From positions 785 to 64,784 of the forward strand of contig JAFQUE010000036.1 in NCBI GenBank assembly GCA_017408685.1: a stretch of 64,000 bases of DNA, given 5' to 3'. The DNA is from Bacteroidaceae bacterium (GTDB lineage Bacteria > Bacteroidota > Bacteroidia > Bacteroidales > Bacteroidaceae). Positions 57,582 to 64,000 of this stretch are shown in pieces. Within the stretch, counting starts at the first letter, position 1. Each line of letters opens with the position of its first letter. The position numbers and the translations under genes were made by a program. Under the pieces are notes generated by a model that ran no database searches, was not told the origin of the DNA, and was given only the letters and a program-made list of their open reading frames with translations.

Positions 57582-58427
57582 TTACCAGTTTTTCTCCAAG
57601 TCCATTTTAATGCCTTGTACAGCTTTCTTTTCTTCCATATCTTCGCGCAGTTCCTTTTCGTCCTGCATGAGAGCCTCTAACATGCGTTCGTAGTTCTCCT
57701 TCTTATCGTTCTGCTCTTGCTGCTCCTGTTGCTGCTGATTCTGATTCTGCTCTTGTTGTTGATTCTGCTCTTGTTGTTGGTTTTGTTCTTGCTGTTGCTG
57801 CTGTTCCTGTTGCTGCTCCTGGTTTTGGTTCTGCTGTTGTTGTTGCTGTTCCTGTTGCTGTTGCTGCTGATTCTGTTGGTTCTTCAACAGATACTGCACT
57901 ACAGCAAGGTTGTATCGTGTTTCCTCGTTTGCAGGGTCGTTACGGAGCGCTTCTTTGTATGCGGCTTCAGCCTCCTTCAATTCCATTCTATGGTGATGTG
58001 TGAGACCGAGGTTATGTCCGGCCCTGGCAACCAGGTTGCGGTTCTTGCCGACCTTCTCGCCTTCAATGCTCTTGGCCATCATCCTTTCTGCCTCTTCGTA
58101 TCTTTGCAGGACAAGAGAGTCGGGTACCATTCCGTTCTCAACTTTTCCGCTTCTTATGTCCTGATAGTTTTTGAGCAGCAAGTTAGTACCTGCATTGTAT
58201 GCCGATACGGTATTTGTGGTATCCATGCTGTATGCTTTGCCATACTCAATCATAGCCTCGTCATAAAGGCTGTCACTGTGCAACTCGTTGCCCGAAATCA
58301 GGTGTTCGTTGACACTCTTCACAAGCGGTGAACCATGTGCAATGAGCGAGTATGCAAGATAGACTACAAGCAGGAGTGCCAAGACGCACAATGTAACGTA
58401 TATGTATTTTCTTCTTGAATCCTCCAT
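57582..58427 (-). CDS. batC: BatC-like TPR membrane protein with long Gln/Glu/Asn tract
   Basis: N-terminal TM helix, TPR repeats, then a 58-aa Q/E/N low-complexity run (aa 183-240) and a charged tail. Confidence 0.7.
   Translation of the reverse strand: MEDSRRKYIYVTLCVLALLLVVYLAYSLIAHGSPLVKSVNEHLISGNELHSDSLYDEAMIEYGKAYSMDTTNTVSAYNAGTNLLLKNYQDIRSGKVENGMVPDSLVLQRYEEAERMMAKSIEGEKVGKNRNLVARAGHNLGLTHHHRMELKEAEAAYKEALRNDPANEETRYNLAVVQYLLKNQQNQQQQQQEQQQQQQNQNQEQQQEQQQQQEQNQQQEQNQQQEQNQNQQQQEQQEQNDKKENYERMLEALMQDEKELREDMEEKKAVQGIKMDLEKNW
57708..57881 (-). repeat. CAG/CAA/GAA-rich coding low-complexity tract in batC
   Basis: Encodes NQQNQQQQQQEQQQQQQNQNQEQQQEQQQQQEQNQQQEQNQQQEQNQNQQQQEQQEQN. Internal near-tandem units are visible, for example the plus-strand TTGATTCTGCTCTTGTTG twice. 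Confidence 0.85.
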
Positions 58428-58433
58428 AATGGT

Positions 58434-59459
58434 TTATCTCTTTTTACCCCTTCTGTTTACAGGGCGTGAAACATAATCTATTATTGCAATTGCAGCCGAA
58501 TCGGCAATAAGCATTATCAAAGCCAACAGTGCTATTGCGCCGAACTGTTCGCGGAACTTCGTATAGACTTCGGACTTCACATCATCCTTAGTGAGTTTGT
58601 CGAGTTCGCTTTCAATGAGTTCCTGGGCACTGTTGGTGTTGTCGACTCTTATGTATGTGCCGTTGCCGGCAGCTGCAATGCTCTGTGCCATTGGTTCATT
58701 GAGTTTGGTGACAACGATATTGCCCTCACGGTCGCGCAGGAAATCACCGGCTTTGCCTGTAGGTATCCTACCACCCTTTGCAGTACCGATACCCATGACG
58801 TAAACCTTTATGCCTTGTTCTGCAGCCAAGCGTGCCGCCTCTTCGGCCCCACCCTCATGGTTCTCGCCGTCGGTTATAAGTATTATGGCCTTGCCTATCT
58901 TCTCATTGTCGCTGAAACTCTTGCATGCAAGGTTTATGGCGTCTCCCACGTTTGTTCCCTGGCGCTTGATAAGTGCGGGGGTAACCTGGTTGAGGAACAT
59001 GTTTGCCGATACATGATCGGTTGTTATCGGCAGTTGTACAAAGGCGTCGCCGGCAAACACAATGAGTGAGAACTTGTTCCCTTTTGTCTGTGCTATCATG
59101 CGCGATATGAGCCGTTTGGCTTTGTCGAGCCTGTTGGGTGAGATATCTTCGGCCATCATGGAATTGGATATGTCAAGCGCGACAATCACCTCTACACCTT
59201 TTGATACGATAGTCTCCTTCTTGGTTCCGTAACGCGGACGTGCAAGTACAAAAACCATCAGTGCCAAAGCCGAAAGCAGGAACCAGAATGTTATTCTTGA
59301 ACGTATTTTCGCCGTGCGGGGCAACAATGCCTTCATGAGTTCCTTGTCTCCATAAAGTTCAATGTTCTTTTTCCTTCTGTAGTTCGAATAGAAGTATATG
59401 GCAACCAATACAGGAATTGCCAGAAGAAGGAACAGGAATATGGGGTCTTTGAAAATCAT
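58434..59459 (-). CDS. batB: BatB-like von Willebrand factor A membrane protein
   Basis: Two N-terminal TM helices, a VWA MIDAS motif (ALDISNSM), and a C-terminal TM helix. Confidence 0.8.
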   Translation of the reverse strand: MIFKDPIFLFLLLAIPVLVAIYFYSNYRRKKNIELYGDKELMKALLPRTAKIRSRITFWFLLSALALMVFVLARPRYGTKKETIVSKGVEVIVALDISNSMMAEDISPNRLDKAKRLISRMIAQTKGNKFSLIVFAGDAFVQLPITTDHVSANMFLNQVTPALIKRQGTNVGDAINLACKSFSDNEKIGKAIILITDGENHEGGAEEAARLAAEQGIKVYVMGIGTAKGGRIPTGKAGDFLRDREGNIVVTKLNEPMAQSIAAAGNGTYIRVDNTNSAQELIESELDKLTKDDVKSEVYTKFREQFGAIALLALIMLIADSAAIAIIDYVSRPVNRRGKKR

Positions 59460-59471
59460 ATCATCAGCACT

Positions 59472-60461
59472 TTATGGGATTCTTCTAATAATGGTATAAC
59501 GCAACAGGAGTTCAAGCAAGATGAAGAGCACTGCAACAGCCGCGAACAGTTGGTAAAGTTCTTCATGTTCCTTATACTCCTGAACATTGAACTTCGTGCG
59601 TTCCAACGTGTCTATTTCGCTGTATATGGCACTAAGACTTGCCTTGTCGGTAGCACGGTAATACTTGCCGCCTGTGGTTGCGGCAATGTTTTCCAGAGTC
59701 TTCTCGTCAATCTCCACCGGTACATTCTGCACACCATACGGCGTGGGGTAAGGAGCCTCTTTCTTATCTGTTCCCACCCCTACGGTATATATCCTTATTC
59801 CATACTCCTTTGCCATTTCAGCAGCAGCCTGGGGGGTAATCTCTCCCCTATTGTTCACTCCGTCGGTGAGCAGGATTATCACCTTGGATTTAGCCTGACT
59901 GTCTTTCAGGCGGAGTACGCTGTTGGCTATACCCATTCCAATGGCAGTACCGTCATCTATTATGCCTTTGGCTGCAATGTCGCAATCTACAGCGGCAAGC
60001 ATGTTCGCAAGGGCATTGTGGTCGGTTGTCAACGGGCATTGTGTAAAACTCTCGCCTGCAAAGATTGTAAGGCCGATATTGTCGTTCTCCCTGCCCGCGA
60101 TAAACACCTTTGCCACATCCTTTGAAGCCTCGAGTCTGTTCGGCTGCAGGTCCATTGCCAACATACTTGTAGAGACGTCGGTAGCGAGCATTATGTCAAT
60201 ACCCTCCACGTCCTTCTCCTCCCATGAGTCCACAGACTGCGGGCGGGCAAGGACAATTATCACCATAGAGAGTGTGATGACCCTGAAAATGAACGGCAGG
60301 TGCACAAGATAATTCCTGAAACTTTTGATATCCCCGGCGAAAGGGAGAGTTGTTGAGACCTTCATTGAAGGTTTCAGTTTCCTGCCCATAAGGATATACC
60401 ACAGTATGTACGCAACAAGCGGTATAAAAAGCAGCAGATATGCAATATTTGCGAAAATCAT
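59472..60461 (-). CDS. batA: BatA-like von Willebrand factor A membrane protein
   Basis: VWA MIDAS motif (ATDVSTSM). The track start at 60467 is TTG; the ATG at 60461 (MIFANIAYLLLF) parallels the BatB N-terminus. Confidence 0.8.
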   Translation of the reverse strand: MIFANIAYLLLFIPLVAYILWYILMGRKLKPSMKVSTTLPFAGDIKSFRNYLVHLPFIFRVITLSMVIIVLARPQSVDSWEEKDVEGIDIMLATDVSTSMLAMDLQPNRLEASKDVAKVFIAGRENDNIGLTIFAGESFTQCPLTTDHNALANMLAAVDCDIAAKGIIDDGTAIGMGIANSVLRLKDSQAKSKVIILLTDGVNNRGEITPQAAAEMAKEYGIRIYTVGVGTDKKEAPYPTPYGVQNVPVEIDEKTLENIAATTGGKYYRATDKASLSAIYSEIDTLERTKFNVQEYKEHEELYQLFAAVAVLFILLELLLRYTIIRRIP

Positions 60462-60470
60462 CTTCAATCC

Positions 60471-61550
60471 TTAACTAAACATGTTGTACAAATCGGTTGT
60501 AAGCAGGAATATTACGCCTGCAATCACAACGGCCAGGAATATCACGGCCGCAACAAGTATTCTCTTGTGCAGCAAGGAACGTTCGTTGACAACTTTCACC
60601 TCAGTCGGTTGCACAACCTTCTCCTCCTCGATATTCTTTGTCTCGTTCACGAACTCTATCGCATTGGACATATTGAGCCTGTTCTCACGTTCTGTAGGTT
60701 TCATCTTTGCGAACTTCACCAGGTCGGCCAGTTCAAGAATCTCCTTGAGTTCCTTAATACTCTCCTTATCCTTGATTTTAAGCATTTCATCAATGATTTC
60801 CGATGTGGTCATCTCCTGCGCGTCAATGCCGAAACGTTCGTGCATGTACTCGCGTAGCACATCGGTCAACTGGGTATAGTACTCCTTTTCGTTGCCTGCC
60901 ACACACAGTGTCTCATCGTTCTTTATCTCATCAATCCTGTTCATTGCCACAATGTGCGATGGCAATTTGGGTTTCACCTTTACTATGCGTATAATGGGTT
61001 TGTTCTTCACCAGACTTATTACTGCAAGCACAAAGGCTGTGACAACAAGCGCAAGAATTATGCCAAGGTATATCGCGTCGCGTATTTCTTCCCAGGTGAG
61101 TTCAACATCAAGTACAGTGGCAGGACCCGCAATGTTGTTGATGTTGGCAGTGTCTATTTCCACACTGTATACATCAAGTACAAGCCTGTTCGATGTGAAT
61201 GTATCCTTGTCTACAATGACATCGAAAGGCGGAATTTCGTATCTTGTGCTGTCAAATGAAGTAATGAGATACTCCTGGACAAACCTTATCCTTTTGCCAT
61301 TGTCTATGCTGCGGCTGTATTCGTTCCTTTCGAGAATCTCGATTCCGTCCACCAGCAAGGAATCTTTGAGCAGTGGCAATGCCACATCATGACCGGAATC
61401 GACACTCAGGTCAAGCCTTGCCTTTGTCTGCTCGCCGATTCTTATGGCAAACGTGTCGAGTTGGGCATTCAGTATAACATTCTGCGCTCCTACTGCCGAT
61501 ACATGCAGGACAAGAATTAATGAAATAATATATAAAATCTTATTTTTCAT
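60471..61550 (-). CDS. Bat-operon membrane protein with BatD-like N-terminal module (unnamed third gene)
   Basis: 359 aa with a signal peptide. A beta-rich ectodomain contains YEIPPFDVIVDKDTFTSNRLVLDV (compare BatD FTIPPAKINVKGEELTSNSVEIKV). It also has a central TM helix, a helical cytoplasmic part and a C-terminal TM helix. Confidence 0.6.
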   Translation of the reverse strand: MKNKILYIISLILVLHVSAVGAQNVILNAQLDTFAIRIGEQTKARLDLSVDSGHDVALPLLKDSLLVDGIEILERNEYSRSIDNGKRIRFVQEYLITSFDSTRYEIPPFDVIVDKDTFTSNRLVLDVYSVEIDTANINNIAGPATVLDVELTWEEIRDAIYLGIILALVVTAFVLAVISLVKNKPIIRIVKVKPKLPSHIVAMNRIDEIKNDETLCVAGNEKEYYTQLTDVLREYMHERFGIDAQEMTTSEIIDEMLKIKDKESIKELKEILELADLVKFAKMKPTERENRLNMSNAIEFVNETKNIEEEKVVQPTEVKVVNERSLLHKRILVAAVIFLAVVIAGVIFLLTTDLYNMFS

Positions 61551-61584
61551 TACTATAAGAAGAGTTCGTTAAAGCAGTTGATTA

Positions 61585-62454
61585 CTATCCGCGTTGAGCA
61601 AAAAGGTTCATTAGTGCCTTTACGTAATCCCCGTCGGTACGCACAGAAACCGAATCGACACGACTGCGGTTGAAGATATCCTCCAGTTTAGTCCTTTGAG
61701 TTCTCCACCACTCCCTTTGTGCCTCCTGCACCTTGGACGATGAAGTGTCAACAAACATCTCTTCCCCGCTTTCCGAGTCACGTACCTTTATCAGTCCCAC
61801 TTTGGGCAACTCCACCAAGCGGCGGTCATATACCTGTATTGCAACGACATCGTGCTTGCGATTAGCAATAGTCATGGCATTGCGGTAGTCGCCATTATCT
61901 ATGAAGTCGCTTATGACAAACGCCGTGCAACGTTTCTTCAAAGCGTTCGTAAAGAACTGTAGGGGTACAGAGATATCGGTCCTTGAACTTTCCGGTTCAA
62001 AGTCAAGCAACTCCCTTATTATATAAAGGATGTGTTTCCTGCCCTTCTGCGGCGGAATGAACTTCTCTACCTTGTCGGTAAAGAAGATTACTCCAATCTT
62101 GTCATTATTCTGTATTGCCGCAAATGCAATGGTGGCTGCAATTTCAGTGACCATGTCACGCTTTGTCTGCTTGGCAGTACCGAAATCAAGACTCTCCGAA
62201 AGGTCAATGACAAGCATTACGGTGAGTTCGCGTTCCTCCTCGAACACCTTTATGAACGGTTTGTTGAAACGCGCAGTGACGTTCCAGTCGATATCGCGCA
62301 CGTCATCGCCAAACTGGTACTCACGTACTTCGCTGAACGACATACCACGACCTTTGAATGCCGAGTGGTACTCTCCTGCAAAGATGTTGTGAGACAGGCC
62401 GCGGGTCTTTATCTCAATCTTGCGTACTTTCTTTATGAGTTCGCTTGTCTCCAT
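61585..62454 (-). CDS. DUF58 (VWA-like, MoxR-associated) protein
   Basis: 289 aa. Contains EYQFGDDVRDIDWNVTAR and MLVIDLSESLDFG. Its ATG overlaps the moxR stop (ATGA at 62452-62456). Confidence 0.85.
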   Translation of the reverse strand: METSELIKKVRKIEIKTRGLSHNIFAGEYHSAFKGRGMSFSEVREYQFGDDVRDIDWNVTARFNKPFIKVFEEERELTVMLVIDLSESLDFGTAKQTKRDMVTEIAATIAFAAIQNNDKIGVIFFTDKVEKFIPPQKGRKHILYIIRELLDFEPESSRTDISVPLQFFTNALKKRCTAFVISDFIDNGDYRNAMTIANRKHDVVAIQVYDRRLVELPKVGLIKVRDSESGEEMFVDTSSSKVQEAQREWWRTQRTKLEDIFNRSRVDSVSVRTDGDYVKALMNLFAQRG

Positions 62455-63449
62455 CAGGGTACTTCAACGCTGTTCAGAATAAGACTTACAATCTCGTCGC
62501 TTGTCATGTTGCTTGCCTCGGCCTCGTAACTCAAGCCAATGCGGTGACGCAGTACATCGTGTGCCACAGCCCTCACATCCTCTGGAATGACATAACCTCT
62601 ACGCTTTATAAATGCGTATGCACGAGCGGCTAATGCCAGGTTGATTGAAGCTCGAGGTGAAGCTCCGAATGAAATCATTTCCTTCAGTTCATTCAAACCG
62701 TACTTCTCGGGGAAACGTGTCGCGAAGACAATATCCACGATATACTGCTCAATCTTCTCGTCAATATATACCTGACGCACGACTTTGCGTGCTTCTACTA
62801 TCTCTTCGGGTTTGAGCAAAGGATTTACCTTTATTTTTTCGCCGGTAATATTCTGGCGTATAATTCTCTTCTCTTCAGAGAGTTCAGGATATGAGATAAC
62901 CACCTTAAGCATAAAACGGTCAACCTGTGCCTCGGGCAACGGGTATGTACCTTCCTGCTCAATGGGGTTCTGTGTTGCCAGCACAAGGAAAGGCTGCGGC
63001 AACCTGAAAGTCTCTTTGCCGATGGTCACCTGACGCTCCTGCATGGCCTCGAGCAATGCACTCTGCACCTTGGCGGGAGCACGGTTTATTTCATCGGCGA
63101 GTACAAAGTTCGCAAATATGGGACCGCGGTTCACTTTAAATTCCTCACTCTTCTGACTATATACCATTGTACCCACTACATCGGCAGGCAAAAGGTCGGG
63201 AGTGAACTGTATGCGGCTGAAGTCGGCGTCCACAAGTTCCGACAGTGTCTTGATTGCCAGTGTCTTGGCAAGGCCGGGAAGACCTTCAAGCAACACGTGT
63301 CCGTCGGCAAGAAGACCGATAAGCAAAGACTCCACCAGATGTTTCTGACCAACTATAACCTGGTCCATTCCTGCTTGCAGATTGGTTATGAAACCACTCT
63401 GCCTTTCAATCATCTCATTCAATTCTCGAATGTCTATTGTTGAACTCAT
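62454..63449 (-). CDS. moxR: MoxR-family AAA+ ATPase
   Basis: 331 aa. Walker A is LLEGLPGLAKT, Walker B is VLADEINRA, with the typical MoxR C-terminal lid. Confidence 0.92.
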   Translation of the reverse strand: MSSTIDIRELNEMIERQSGFITNLQAGMDQVIVGQKHLVESLLIGLLADGHVLLEGLPGLAKTLAIKTLSELVDADFSRIQFTPDLLPADVVGTMVYSQKSEEFKVNRGPIFANFVLADEINRAPAKVQSALLEAMQERQVTIGKETFRLPQPFLVLATQNPIEQEGTYPLPEAQVDRFMLKVVISYPELSEEKRIIRQNITGEKIKVNPLLKPEEIVEARKVVRQVYIDEKIEQYIVDIVFATRFPEKYGLNELKEMISFGASPRASINLALAARAYAFIKRRGYVIPEDVRAVAHDVLRHRIGLSYEAEASNMTSDEIVSLILNSVEVP

Positions 63450-63484
63450 AACTGTATTTTGTATAATAATGTTTTAAATTGGGT

Positions 63485-63492
63485 CAAATGTA
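63485..63492 (-). promoter_or_regulatory. -7 box TACATTTG upstream of moxR (candidate Bat operon promoter)
   Basis: The plus strand reads CAAATGTA, 35 nt upstream of the ATG at 63449. Confidence 0.4.
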
Positions 63493-63577
63493 CTTCTTTT
63501 GTCAATCATGGGGTGTTAATTTTCCCAAAAGAGACTTAACCATTGTTAGGTGTAACATTCTTTAACTCAGTGAACCG

Positions 63578-64000
63578 CTATTTGGGTTGCAGCACCGGAA
63601 TCTCCAACTCCATTCCAACCGCAAGGGCATACGGTTCTTGCAGATTATTGTGTCTTGCAATGTATGGCCACAATTTCCTGCTGCCATAATAGTCATATGC
63701 AATCTTTGCAAGCCTCTCATTCTCCACCACAATGTGTATTGCCATGTTGCCGGCTATGGTATAAAGTGTTGTATCGGCAGCAGTAATGCTTCTGTCACTC
63801 TTGGCTGCAAGCTCATCTATCATGACAAATGTGTATGCGTTCTCCTCCCCCGCTCCGGTTAATTCCGCAACGTTCTCTATTGGAGTTTTCGGTTCGGGAA
63901 TGCGTGCAGAATCGGCTGATACCTCTACAACGACTACAGGTCCCTTCTCCGTCGCGGCAGCAACGTTTTGCTCCGGAACACCGTTAATGGCAATATCAGA
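63578..64000 (-). CDS. LysM-like domain protein, C-terminal part (reading frame stays open to the right edge)
   Basis: The track shows only 63578-63823, but the same frame has no stop up to 64000 (...EKGPVVVVEVSADSARIPEPKTPIENV...). The C-terminus HIVVENERLAKIAYDYYGSRKLWPYIARHNNL...VGMELEIP fits the LysM pattern. Confidence 0.5.
   Translation of the reverse strand, partial: SDIAINGVPEQNVAAATEKGPVVVVEVSADSARIPEPKTPIENVAELTGAGEENAYTFVMIDELAAKSDRSITAADTTLYTIAGNMAIHIVVENERLAKIAYDYYGSRKLWPYIARHNNLQEPYALAVGMELEIPVLQPK

Noticed and set aside
57717-58331. A 204-aa plus-strand ORF starting with poly-Leu/Ile.
   Set aside because: It is the mirror image of the batC Gln-rich tract (CAG/CAA complement gives CTG/TTG), so it is not a real gene.
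1-64000. Search for CRISPR arrays, tRNA/rRNA genes, integrases, transposases, phage or conjugation genes, toxin-antitoxin pairs or defence islands.
   Set aside because: I saw no regularly spaced repeat arrays, no tRNA T-loop or acceptor patterns in the intergenic regions I read, and no ORF with recombinase, transposase or phage motifs. The scan was visual only, so a tRNAscan/Infernal pass is still advisable.

Overview
The window looks like a chromosomal core region of a Bacteroidales (Bacteroidota) genome. Evidence for that assignment: a 286-aa RpoD-type primary sigma factor, TAnnTTTG -7 promoter boxes, no Shine-Dalgarno sites, a T9SS C-terminal sorting domain, and a complete Bat aerotolerance operon. 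About 56 protein genes are supported.

Most are housekeeping or envelope genes: panB, prs, aguA/aguB, two ~930-aa M16 peptidases, an ECF sigma factor, cls, dcp, clpC, rpoD, glutamate decarboxylase, pyrK/pyrD, trmD, gyrA, galE, rpsP and ogt. On the minus strand, 54.9-63.4 kb holds the eight-gene moxR-DUF58-x-batABCDE operon.

I found no rRNA or tRNA genes, CRISPR arrays, integrases, transposases or prophage genes. I also found no convincing novel multi-gene protein system.

The stretches left unexplained by the gene calls are non-coding:
- A 1.1-kb AT-rich ORF-free island (27.7-28.8 kb) carries iteron-like direct repeats and three one-mismatch DnaA-box-like 9-mers.
- A 0.73-kb divergent intergenic region (37.4-38.2 kb) is packed with a dispersed ~27-nt repeat family, a 53-nt near-perfect hairpin and two orphan promoter-like boxes.
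- A ~107-nt three-stem element ending in U7 lies upstream of rpoD.
- The same repeat family is also embedded in the panB leader.

All calls come from reading the sequence and the ORF translations. No searches were run, so family names rest on recognised motifs. Where the ORF track began at TTG, GTG or a non-first ATG, I moved the start to the most plausible ATG.
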